Source: Phaeosaccion multiseriatum (lineage: Eukaryota; Protista; Ochrophyta, other classes). Taken from it: a stretch of DNA of 64,000 nucleotides. The translations under genes were made by a program, and so were the position numbers. This document shows positions 49,462-61,559 of the stretch, in pieces. Numbering within the stretch: the stretch's first letter is position 1; every line of letters begins with the position of its first letter. The stretch spans positions 1 through 64,000 of the forward strand of contig OZ218955.1 in assembly GCA_965112735.1 (NCBI GenBank), written 5' to 3'. A model generated the notes under the pieces. It was given only the letters and a program-made list of their open reading frames with translations. It ran no database searches and was not told the origin of the DNA.

Positions 49462-52172
49462 CAGTGAGGGTGAGGGAGGGACAGTGAGGGTGAGGGAGGG
49501 TGAGGGAGGGACAGTGAGGGTGAGGGAGGGACAGTGGGGGTGAGGGAGGGACAAAGAGGGTTAGTTCACTGAGCGTCGACTCGTGGGATGAGAGTAAAAG
49601 AGCAACACGCCAACTCACCTCCAGCGTGAACCCCTCGGGTAGGTCTCCTCTCGAGCGATGGCAGCAGAAGGCCTCTCTGTCCCACGCGAGCCGAAGGGCC
49701 GTGGGGCTGAGCTCCTCCACTTGAAGCTGGGGCTCGTGAGGAGGGCGGTAGCGCTTGCCTCTCCTCGCTCCACTCGCCACCTCCTCATAAGCCATCGTCA
49801 GGGCCGAGGACAGCGCCCCGAGCCGCTCCGTGAGTCCTGCCATGGCCGCTCGAGCCATCAAGTCTTCATTATTGTCATCATTTGCGAGCGGGGCGGCCCC
49901 TGCTGGTGGGGAGGGCCGAACGACAACTGGGGCCACGCGCACTGCGGTGGTGGCGGGGAAAGAGGTGAGGTGATGAGGTGAAGAGGAAGGCGGGATACGA
50001 TGGCAGCAGATGCGACAAGACCAACAGACAAGAGAGAACAGAGGGAGGGGAAGACAAACAGACAAGACAGGACAGAGGAAGGGGAAGGCAGGCAGGCAGA
50101 CAGAGGGAGGGGAAGGCCCTAATCCTAAGGCATACAGAGGAGAATATTGACATATTGACCTGTTGCTCCGGGTAAGTGCTGCCCCGTTAGCTGCTGTTGT
50201 ACCGCCTGTTGGTGCTCCGCCTCCTGCTGCCTCCGCTGCACGCCCTCCTCATACGACAGACACGCCGCCAGAGCAACGAGCATCTGCCCCACACACGCAC
50301 AGAGCGCCCACCGGGAGCTGTACAGCAGCAGGTGCTCCTGGGGGCAGGCATATGGGCAGGCAGGCATACGGGCAGGCATACGGGCAGGCATGTGGTCAGG
50401 TTCAGAGAGAGTGCGTAAGCTTACGTAAGAGGGTCAGGGTCACGCTCGCCCCCCGGGAAGGATTGTAGGCCTTTCTCTCTCTCGCCATCTCGCTGCATAC
50501 CCCATATGCCTTCACTCATTGACTCCCTCACTCACTCACCGCTTCCTCTGGGAAGACGAGGCGCGGGAAGAGGAAGAATGTCTTGGTGAAGATGGCGATC
50601 TTGAGGCTCACGAAGGGGCGGCAACCACCCAGCCCGGTGGCGGCTTGGAGCAGCAGCAGGGTGAGGCTCAACACGACGAGCATGGCGGCTTCGAGACAGA
50701 GCTCCACCAAGGACAGAGCAAGCAGGGAGGCCAGCACCAGGGGGTCCAGCAGCCAAAACTCGGACTCCCACACGCGCAGCAGCCTAAGGGGGGGGGCAGG
50801 GGGGCACAACAAAACCTGTGTGTTTCAGTTTCAGTCTGAGTTTCGGACCACCGACAAGAGAGAGACTTGGACTTGGCCGATTGGTGATTCAGATACTTGG
50901 CCGAGTCAGGCACTTGGCCGACTGAGGCACTTGAACGGTTGGTGATTCAGTCACGTTGGGCAAGACAAGTAGAGGGCGCAGAGCCCTCCCCTTTCCCGCC
51001 CTCTCCACCCCTCTCCACCCCTCTCCACCCCTCTCCCTCCCTCCCCACCCCTCCCTCCCTCCCTCCCTCTCCCTCCCTCCCTCCCCCTCTCCCTCCCTGC
51101 CCTCCCCTCCCTCCCTCCCTCCCTCCCTCCCTCCCTCCCTCCCTCCCTCCCCTCCCCTCCCCCCCTGGTCCTACAGGTACACCTCGTACTGGCAGGCACT
51201 TCGCCACTCGCAGGCCTGCCGGCACGCATGGGGCCGCTGCACGCACCGTTCCATGTCTCGCTTGGTGCACGTCACATCACCCCTCCTCTCGGAGCGCGAG
51301 CCTGCGGTGTTAGTGTTGGCTGCTCCTGCTTCCCCGCGGTGTTGGCTGCTCCTGCTCCTGCTCGTGCTCGTAGACCCCTCTCGATTGCCCCTCGTCCCTT
51401 CTCCTCCTCCGCCGCCGCCACCGCCGCAGAAAGACGTGAGGAAGACGGGCAAAGCACCGTTGTTACCGTTGTTACCGTTGGAGCCGCTCATGGAGTCGGC
51501 CCAGGCAAGCATAAAGAAGGTCCTCTCTTCTCTGTGCACCTTCCCCCCTCCCCCTCCCCCTCTGGAGACTTTGGAGACGGGCACAGCGACGCTTGTGGTG
51601 GTCTTGACCTTCATTCCCGAGCCCCTCTCCAGCAAGCCCCTGAGCCACACCAAGGGGGAGCCGTCGTCTCTCACATGCAGCCCCTCTCGGCTGAGGATGA
51701 AGAAGGGCGGCACGGGGCTGCCCATGAGGCGCCGCACATGCTCGTTCGAGTCGTAGTAACCGCCGCTGTCTGCAGGGGCAGTCATCACCGCCACGCGGAA
51801 CAGCCCACTGACCTCTCGTCTCTGTAGCGAGAGGGGGAGGGGACGGGAGGGGACGGGAGGGGACGGGAGGGGGAGAGGCATATCAGAGACACGAGGGAAA
51901 CAGAGGGAGAGAGGGAGAGAGTGTGTGTGAGTGTGCGCTTGCGGGGGGTGCCCAGTGGTGCGTGGGAGGGGCCAGTGGAAAGGAAAGTGAGTAGGTGAGT
52001 GGGTGAGGGGGTGAAGGAGAGGAAAGAGAGCCACACCAACGGAGCACGGAGGAGCCCCTGGGGGGGGGGGGGGGGCAGGCCTCCCGCACGCACACACGTA
52101 GACATACACGCACATACATACACACATACACACACGCACATACGCACACACACACGCGCACGCACACACACA

Positions 52173-52228
<56 letters not shown>

Positions 52229-54046
52229 CGCACACGCACCGTCTTGCTGGATATGAGTTCCAGTGGGATGGCCTTAAGAACGTCCGCCGGCACCTCCCAC
52301 ACCCAGGGCTGAGATCCCGCACTGTCGCTTAGGGCCTCCAAGGCTCTAGGACGACAGAGGCGGGGAGAGGGAGAGGGAGAGACAAGGACACAGGAAGATA
52401 AGACAGAGGGAGAGGGACAGTACAGAGAGAGACATCAGAGAGGGAGGAAGAGAGAGAAAGAGAGAGGCACGCACAAGGGAGGGACAGAGACACAGAAGGA
52501 GGGACAGAGGGAGGACAGAGGGAGGACAGAGGGAGGTGGCCTACGGCAGCCAGGGCGGGTAGAAGCTCAGGTGACCTTAGAAAGTCAGTCAGGTGACCTT
52601 AGAAAGTCAGTCAGGTGACCTTAGAAAGTCAGTCAGGTGACCTTAGAAAGTCAGTCAGGCGACCTTAGAAAGTCAGTCAGGTGACCTTAGAAAGTCAGTC
52701 AGGTGACCTTAGAAAGTCAGGTGACCTTAGAAAGTCAGGTGACCTTAGAAAGTCAGTCAGGTGACCTTAGAAAGTCAGGTGACCTTAGAAAGTCAGGTGA
52801 CCTTAGAAAGTCAGGTGACCTTAGAAAGTCAGTCAGGTGACCTTAGGGCTACAGAGAGGGACGGGGCTTACCCGTTTCTCCACCGAAAGGTGAGGTCCTC
52901 TGGCCACAGCCGAGTGAGCTCGCCCATCAGCCCGCCGTCACTGAGCGGGAGCAGTACAGGAGCAGCAGAGGGGAAGAGAGGGGGGAAAGGGCGGGAAGGT
53001 GCAGGGGCGCCAATCGACAAGAGTCAGCTTTCACCACTTCCTTCCCCTTCCTTCCTTCCTTCGTTTCTTCGTTCTATGCAAGCACAGACGGCCTCAAACT
53101 TCGAACTTCTTGGCAGCCTCTCTCGTACTCGCACGGCTCTCAGGCGGCACTCACGCAGCAGCAGTAGTAGCAACAGCAGCAGCAGCAGCAGCCTGTTTAG
53201 CTGTTGGACCTCTGTTTAGCTGTTGGACCTCTCGCACGGCAGCAGCATCAGCCTCCCTCACTCCTGTCCGTACTCAGCGACAGAGCGATTGGAGCACAGA
53301 AGCCCCCAGCCCTCTCTCCCTCTCTCCCTCCCTCCCTCCCTCCCTCCTTTCCACTCTCTCTGCTCTCTCTGCTTTCTCTCCCCCCTTCTCTCCACTCTCT
53401 CTTTCTCCCTCTCTTTGCTCGCTCTCTCTGTCTTGCTACCCCCCCCCCCTTCTATCGATCTCCCTCCCTCCTCCCCATTCCCCACCTCAAGGCTGAGGTT
53501 CTGCTGAAATTCGAAAAGTCCAGCACGGAGAAGATGCTGCATAGCGTCACGAAGTATGTCAGCATGTATAGGGCGCCGCGCCGCTCGAACGTCTCCCCGC
53601 GATAGAACGACTGAGGTGGATGCCGCAGACGGGAGGGGAAACAGTTCAACAGCGAGGCGGCAAGGGCAACTCTCATTTAGCGACTCCACAACATGTCCTC
53701 GTCTCAATAAACACAGCCCCATGCTAAGGGGGGAGGGGAGAGGAAGAGACGGAGGGAGGGGGGGATGGAGGGGAGAGGACAGGTCCTCCTTTCTCCCCCT
53801 CTCCTCCTCCTCCTCCTCCTCCTCCTTCTCCTCCTCGTTCTTCTTCTCCTCCCCCTCGCCTCCCTTCACGGCACATATCTACCACAGAGACACGCCCACT
53901 CTGGAGCAATTGGCACACCCTAAGCTCCTCCTCCTGCTCTTCCTCTTCCTGCTTCCCTCGCCGTCAAGCACACATTCCGCCTCCCTTACCAGCCGAAAGC
54001 ACGTCAAGGCGTCGAAAAGCAAGCTAACGGGCCATATCACCCACAT
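48836..54046 (-). CDS. Membrane protein with Cys-containing N-terminal region, 2-3 TM helices and a C-terminal fibronectin type III domain
   Basis: Key junctions are phase-consistent (TG|..|C at about 53882/53723; TAC CT|gtagga..ttag|G at about 51174/50783). TM segments [31 protein letters not shown] and [19 protein letters not shown]3: [39 protein letters not shown]. The start [11 protein letters not shown] is tentative. Confidence 0.6.
52567..52846 (+). repeat. 18/22-bp intronic minisatellite TCAGGTGACCTTAGAAAG(TCAG), about 14 copies
   Basis: Directly visible; contains the palindromic core AGGT-G-ACCT. Confidence 0.92.
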
Positions 54047-54081
54047 GCTTGCCTCTCCTAATGCACAACAAAGAGAGAGAG

Positions 54082-54156
<75 letters not shown>

Positions 54157-54597
54157 AAGGGGGGGCGGGGGAGAAGAGGGGAAGAGGGGGTTGAGTAACG
54201 GCAGTGGGTTAATATGTAGACAAGCTCTCCAGACGCAAAAGCAACACAGACAAAGGCAACGAGTAGAAGCAGCGAGGCAGAGGTAGCACTGCGATTGAGC
54301 GGAAGAGCGTGGGATGGGACTCACCGAGAGGAGGGAGATTTGGGGGGGAAAGGAGTAGACATCAAGTGCCATCCGCATGCACTAAAAGTAAAATATTGTG
54401 ACCGCCACTTCCATTTCTCCTTCTTCTTCGGACTATTGCATGCCTGAGACGGGGCACTGAGTGGAGGGAGTACTCCGTGACAGATAAAACTACCTGCATG
54501 TAGCCTCGAAAGCGGTCGCACAAGTCCACAGAAAGTTTGCAAGGGCTTTGTGTCTAGTTGGAGGACCTCGCCTTGATACAGTTGTACACACCAGACA

Positions 54598-57500
54598 ATG
54601 GCTTCCGCAGGCGTGGTAAGCAGGCAGCATTCGCCGACCTCAGAGGATTCGAGAGTCAGGGGAATGATCGGGGGTGCTCTCTTCGCGAAATCCGGCCCTG
54701 CCCGCTTCTCCCTTCTCTATCCTGTGCCCTCTGCCCTCTTCCCTCTGCCCTCTCCCCTCTGACCTCTGTCCTGTCTGTCCTCTCCCCTCTGTCCTCTATC
54801 CCCCCCCTCCTTTCCCAACCCTTCCCTCTCCCCTGTGACCTCTATCCTCTGCCCTCTCTTCCCTCTCACTGTCCTCTCTCTTTCCTTTCTCCCCTCTCAG
54901 CCGTCCCCGACCGACAAGCAATGGACAGCCTTTCGCCCTCGACGTCCCAACGCCACCCTGCGCCTCTTTTGCTTTGTGAGTGGTAGACAAGAGGACCCTC
55001 CCCGGTCCACTGTCACTCCCCGTCCAATGTTCCTTATGTGCTGTCATCATCTTCACTGACGTGCTACTCTTCGCCCTCGCCACACCCTCCCATCCGCGCC
55101 TCATTCCCCCTCTGCCAGTCGTGGGCGGGTGGGAGCAGCGCGGGGTTTGCCAAGTGGAGGAGCCTTCCTCCCTGGATAGAGCTCGTCGTGTGCGAGCTGC
55201 CGGGCAGGATGGCGAGGGGGAAGGAGCCCCTGCTGCAAGATATTCCAAGTGAGTGAGTGAGTGAGTGAGAGGGAGTGGGTGGGTGAGTGAGTGAGAGAGG
55301 GAGTGAGGGAGTGAGTGAGGGAGTGAGTGAGGGAGTGAGGGAGGGAGTGAGGGAGTGAGTGAGTGGGTGAGTGATTGGGTGAGTGAGTGAGGGAGTGAGG
55401 GAGGGAGTGAGGGAGGGAGGGAGGGGGGGAGTGAGGGAGTGAGGGAGTGATTGACTGAATGAGTGAGTGCGTGAGTGAGTGAGAGAGTGAGGGAGGGAGG
55501 GAGGGAGGGAGTGATTGGGTGAGTGAATGAGGGAGTGAGTGAGTGAGGAAGGGAGTGAGGGAGGGAGTGATTGAGTGAGTGGATGAGTGAGTGATTGACT
55601 GAGTGAGTGAGTGAGGGAGGGAGTGAGTGGATGAGTGAGTGATTGAGAGTGGGTGTGGACTGATAGAGTCGGTAAGCGAATTGGACTGGCACAACCCCCT
55701 TCAGGACCTCACCCTTGGGCTCTTCCCAAGTGCTCTCAAAAGTCTCACCGAGCCCCCCTTCTCGCCTCTCCTGGCCTCTCCTGGCCTCTCCTGGCCTCTC
55801 CTGGCCTCTCCTGGCCTCTCCTGGCCTCTCCTGGCCCCCTCTTGTCGCTGCGCCCTCTTCGCTCTCCTCGCCTTGTAGCGATGGCCCGACTCGGCGTGGC
55901 TGCCTTTCACAGGGAGGGCGTCTTGACCGACAAGCCCTTTGCCGTGTACGGACACAGCATGGGCTCCAAGGTAGGGTACTTGGGCACCGAGGTACCCACT
56001 CTATTTAGCGCAGAGGAGATGGCATTTCACAGGGAGGGGGGAGGGGCGGGCGTTTGTGCAGTGTTTTTCTTCTTCAGCGCCGGTCTGCCTGCCCATATGC
56101 CTGCATGAGTCGCCCCCCTTTACGAGAGTGCCGCGCTGCATGTCGGGTGCCATCCCTTTCAACCCCTTTAGACGGCCTACGAGTTCACTCTTGAGCTGCA
56201 GAGGAAGGGCCTGCCGCTGCCCGTGGCCTTCATCGTGTCCGGCGCTAAACCGCCTCATGTGAGTAAGCCCGGGATACAACGGTACCTGCTCACAGATGGC
56301 TCGGCAAGAGGTCCTCTTGGGACACTCCCTGATGGAGGTTGGGCCTTCCCTCTGCTCTGTGCTCACCCCGCTCCTCCGTGGCTCGCTTTCCGACCCCTTT
56401 CCCTCCCCTCCCTCCTCACCCCTCCGCGTCGCTATGATCCGCTCCGCCCTGCCCTGCCCGTATGCTTCTATCCCAAGGTGCCGCAGGGCCTGCCCGTCAT
56501 GTCAGGGCTGCCCCGAGAGTCTCTGGTGGCGGAGCTGCAGGCAAAGGGCGGTATGCCCCAGAACCTCCCCTCCGAAGTGCTCGATCTGTACCTGCCCGTG
56601 CTCAGGGCCGACTACAGGCAAGTGTTATGTACTACGAAGTACGGGTTATGTAAGTGGTTTGCAAGTGTATGTACGTGTTATGTAAGTGGTATGCAAATGT
56701 CAGTTGGACAAGTCTTATGGTGCGGGGTATGGACGGCTCCGTCCCTCTTTCTCTCACTCCCTCTCTCTCTGACGGACGCCCTCTCTCTCGGACTCTCCCT
56801 CCCTCCCCTCCCTCCCCTCCCTCCCCCCCTCCGCCTACACTACACTACGCAACGCGTGCTGTGCAGAGCTCTGGAGGAGTACACGGGGGGGCAAGCCAAG
56901 GAGCCCCTGCCTCTCGACATCACGTGCTTTCTGGGCAGGTGAGTCACGCATGGCAGTGGATGGCAGTGGATGGCACTGGATGGACATCACAGGCTCGTAC
57001 TCCTCCTGCCCTCGAGGTCTCCTCTCACCAGTCTCCGGCCCTGTCTGCCCTGCCTGTCCTGTGCTCTCCCTGGCCTGCCATTTGTGAATCACTGGTCCAC
57101 CAACGCGCTGCTACTCCACTAGCGCGGATAAAGAGGCCCCCCTGGAGCTGACCCCGGGGTGGGCGGATTTCACTCTTGGCTCGTACCGGCAGGAGGTGTT
57201 CCAGGGGGGGGGGCACTTCTTCCTGCTGGACATGAAGGACGAGGTGCTGCCCAAGCTTGTCGAGGTGCTCACGGAGGCAACGCAGCCCGGGCCCAAGCAA
57301 GGGCAAGGGCAGGAGCAAGAGTCGCCGTCGGACAAGTAAGCAAGCTTCCCTCACAGAAGGCATACGGGCAGGGCCTGGAGAGGACGGGGAGGGGGAAACC
57401 GTGCCATGGAGAGGGGAGAGGGAGGCGGCGGGAGGCGAAAGATTTCCTCCTGTTGTATTACCAACTTGTGTCCCTTTCGCGCCCCCCCCCCTGCTGTTCT

Positions 57501-59394
57501 CAGGCTCGCTTCTGCGCCACCCCCCCCTCCGTCGAAGGCAGCAGCAGCAGCAGCAGCAGTTGGAGCTACAGCAGCAACCGTTGGTGATACAGCAGCAACA
57601 GGTGGCGCTGCAGGAGGCGCGAGTGACGTGAGCGGGCTGCAGAGTGCCATCGCTGCTGTGGCCGTTTCACCGCCGCCGCCCCGCGCTGCTGCCTCTGCCC
57701 CTGCCCCTGCGGCGCCCAAGCAAAGGCCCCCCAAAGGACCGGTGCGTGAGTGCGTGAGTGCGTGAGTGCGTGAGTGCGTGCGTGAGTGTGTGAGTGCATG
57801 AGTGCGTGCGTCAGACTGGGGGAGGTCTGAACATGCCGTCGGTCCAACATCACATCCCCAAGTTCGTCGTTCACCGTGCCCAACGCCTCCAACCACCCTC
57901 CAGCTTGCCTCAATCCTCCTCCCTCCTCCATTATCCCCTCCTCCCTCCTCCCTCCTCCCTCCTCCATTGTCCCCCCTCCCTCCTCCCTCCTCACTCCTCA
58001 TTCCTTCCCCCTCCCGGTGTGTCCGCATCCATCCACCAACTGCCATCCTTCCTCATGCTTTCTAAGTGTCATCCACTGCCATCCTTTCTCTTGGTCTCTA
58101 AGTGTCATGCTTGGTCTTGCTCTTTCTCTCTCTCCACCCCTCTCCATGGCACCTCATTCTCCGCCTCTCCTCTCCTCTCGGCTCAAGTCGCTTGCGTCGG
58201 ACAAGAAGTGGACTGCCTTCCGACCTCGGAGACCCGACGCGACTTTTCGCCTCTTCTGCTTCGTAAGTCATTAAGGCATTAGCAAACGCGTTGGTCGGTC
58301 TTTGCTGCTGCTGCAGGGCGGAGAGGGGATGGCAGCGGACGGCGTCGGGCACGGCAGCAGCAGCGGAATGAGGGAAGAGAAGTTTGGAGCTTAAGGGATG
58401 GAGGGGGCTGCAGGGCGTCGTTGTTTGCCCTGACTTAGGCGGCCTGCCTCTCTCACTGAGCCTCCCGCTTGGTCTGCCCCCGTCCTCCCTTCCTCCCTCC
58501 TTTCCTCCCTTCCTCCCTCCCTCCCTCCCTCCCTCCCTCCCTCCCTCCTTCCCTCCCTTCCTCCCTCCTTCCCTCCCCTCCTTCCCTTCCTCCCTCCTTC
58601 CCTCCCTTCCTCCCTCCTTCCCTCCCTTCCTCCCTCCCTCCCTCCCTCCCTCCCTTCCTCCTTCCCTCCCTTCCTCCCTCCTTCCCTCCCTTCCTCCCCT
58701 CCTTCCCTTCCTCCGTCCTTCCCTCCCTTCCTCCCTCCTTCCCTCCCTTCCTCCCTCCTCCCTCCCTTCCTCCCTCCTTCCCTCCCTTCCTCCCTCCTTC
58801 CCTTCCTCCGTCCTTCCCTCCCTTCCTCCCTCCCTTCCCTCCCCTCCTTCCCTCCCCTCCTTCCCTGCTTCCCTCCCTTTCTCCCTCCTTCCCGCCCTCC
58901 TTCCCTCCTTCCCTTGTTCCCTCCCTTCCTCCCTCCAAAGGCGTGGGCCGGCGGCAGCAGTGCCGGGTACCTCTCTTGGCGTGTGCTGCCCCCCTGGGTG
59001 GAGGTGGTCGTGTGTGAGCTGCCGGGCAGACAGAGCCGCAACAAAGAGCCTTTCCTCGAGGATATCCCAGGTGGGTAGATGAGTGGGACAGCCATAAGGG
59101 TACATAAGGGTACATAAGGTTACATAAGGAGGAGGACAGACAGGCGATAGATGAGTGGGACAGCCATGAGGGTAGCCATACCCACGAACAGGGTGACAAG
59201 CGAACTTGAGACCCTCCTTTTGTTGCCGTCTTTCTGCTGCCTTCTGCAGCCTTGCCCTGCCTTCTGTAGCCTTCTGCGGCCGTGTGCTGCTTCTGCTACC
59301 TTCGGAGCATTGGTTGCCGCCCTTCGAAGCTTTCAAGTGGACCCGCTCTGATGCTGTCTCCCCTCTCTCTCTCTCCCGCTGCCCCGCGTCCCCT

Positions 59395-59437
<43 letters not shown>

Positions 59438-59995
59438 GTCTCTCTCTCTTCCCTTTGTGGTCAGAGGCGGCTCGGCAGGCGGTGGGAGCGTTCTACAGGG
59501 AGGGGCTGCTGGACGATAAGCCCTTCGCGCTCTACGGACACAGCATGGGCACCAAGGTGCGGCAGGAGTTGGCATGAGTGGGCATGAGTGGGTATGAGTG
59601 GGCATGAGTGGGCATGAGTGGGTATGAGTGGGCATGAGTGGGCCTCCTTGAGCACCCCCCTGGCCTCAGAGGGAGCGAATCAGCCAGCCTCTGTCGGCCT
59701 CTTCCCTGTGGTTTGTACTCGAAGTCTCTCGAACTCTCAACTCTCTCTAACTCATCTCTGGCCCTGCCTCCTCACCTGCCCTCCTCACCTGCCCTCCTCA
59801 CCTGTCCTCCTCACCTGCCCTCCTCACCTGCCCCGTGCGACGCCTCTGCAGACGGCGTACGAGTTCTGCCGACAGCTGGAGCGCAACGCTCACCCCCTGC
59901 CCTTAGTCATGATGCTGTCAGGGGCACTGCCTCCAGACGTGCGTTACATTTCCAAACCTACTCACCCTCTCACGCACTCTCCCACACACACTCCT

Positions 59996-60026
<31 letters not shown>

Positions 60027-61080
60027 CAACACACACCCCATACACATACACACACATACACACGCACACACACACACACACACACACAAGCACACACACA
60101 CACACACACACACTCCAACACACACCCCACACACACCGCGCGCGCACACACCCACACATGCCGCCGAAAGAGTCCGACCTCACCGCGTTGTGAACAAGTT
60201 GGTGATACAGGAGCAGCGGATGAAAGCCTTGATACCCCGAGGGGGTGCGTTGCTAAGTGCCTCCCTCGTACTGCCACCCCGCGTGCCCCCGTCTACTGCC
60301 ATCCCCCTCACAGGTGGCTGAGCCGCCCCCCTTGATGTCTGCCCTGGCCCGTCCCGCCCTGCTCCGCGAGATGAAGGCGATGGGGGGCATCCCCTCTTCG
60401 CTACCGCCCGACATACTCGACCTCTTCGTGCCCGTCATCCGGGCAGACTACAAGTAAGTCATTTATTAGCATCGTTAAGGAAGTGAAGTCACTAGCACTG
60501 TCATTGAATGCCATCCATGCGGATCACTTGTGAGGTGTGTGTCATGTCATGTCAGTTCAAGGACTTCCTTGCCTGGCTTTTTGGCTGACTGACTAGGGCA
60601 CTGGAGAGCTACCAGCCGCACGGCCTGGCCAGGGATCAAGTCCGCCCCGATCTGGTGTGCTTCCTCGGCAGGTTAGTGAGTTAGTCAGTCACGTCACTCA
60701 ATCACAGATGGCTGAAGCGAGATGGCACCGGATGGACGGCGTCCAGAGCGTTGCCAAGCCGGCTGCTGCTGGCTACTGTATCACCCACTGCTGCGGCTCC
60801 TGTGGCATGTTCACCCCGCCCTCCCCGCCCGCTGCACTCTCGCTCCTCCTCCGCGGCGACTCACTGGCCCATCTGCCCCTGCCTGCCTGTCCATACGCCC
60901 CTGCTCAGCGACGATGGCGCGGCCCCCCTGGAGCTGACCCCGAGGTGGGCGGACTTCACTCTTGGCTCGTACCGGCAGGAGGTATTCCAGGGGGGGGGGC
61001 ACTTCTTCCTGCTGGACATGAAGGACGAGGTGTGCGGTGCCATCGTTAGGGTACTCACAGAGTATGGGGCCAATCCATAG
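54598..61080 (+). CDS. Tandem double type-II (TEII/OLAH-like) thioesterase with Ala/Pro linker, about 16 exons
   Basis: Each half: RLFCF.WAGGSS, ELPGR..R..EP, KPFA.YGHSMG (Ser), SGA.PP, LP..LRADY, FLGS.D (Asp), GGHFF (His). Splice phases join domain 1, the linker exon (57503-57741) and domain 2 in frame. Stop at 61080. Confidence 0.88.
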
Positions 61081-61559
61081 CGATGGAGCACCAACACGGG
61101 AGGGAGACACCAAGGCGAAGGCGCGAAGGCACGAAGGGGACAGCGAGGGGTATACGCAGCGACGAGAGAGGGGGGCAGGGGGGGGCAGGGGGGGCGATTT
61201 TATTGACTTATTGGAATCAGCCCAGGGGCGGTTGGGGGGGGGACCCGACGTTGATACACAGGGGACGTTGTTACTCACTTCCCACCCTTGGAGATTGCAC
61301 CCCTTGGGGATTGCACCCCTTGGGGATTGCACCCCTTGGGGATTGGCATGCGGGGCCCGCCCCATGGGGACTGTCACTGTCATGACGTCATGACCGGCAT
61401 GTCATGACTGGCAGGGCTCCCTCTGCGGACTCGTGTGCTCGGCTCTGTGCTGTGCGGCCCCCACACACGCTTCAACGCTGCAGCGCTTCTGCTTCTCGAG
61501 GACGTGTCTTTTCATTCATAAAACGGGTTTTTTTGTTGTTTTTTTTTCCTTCTGTCATA

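Noticed and set aside
52567-52846. Regularly spaced repeats with a palindromic core, superficially CRISPR-like
   Set aside because: Head-to-tail units with no unique spacers, no cas genes, and an intronic eukaryotic context; the same applies to the other arrays.
41936-61080. Aminotransferase plus thioesterase as a biosynthetic gene cluster
   Set aside because: No PKS, NRPS or ACP in the window, and the intervening genes are unrelated.
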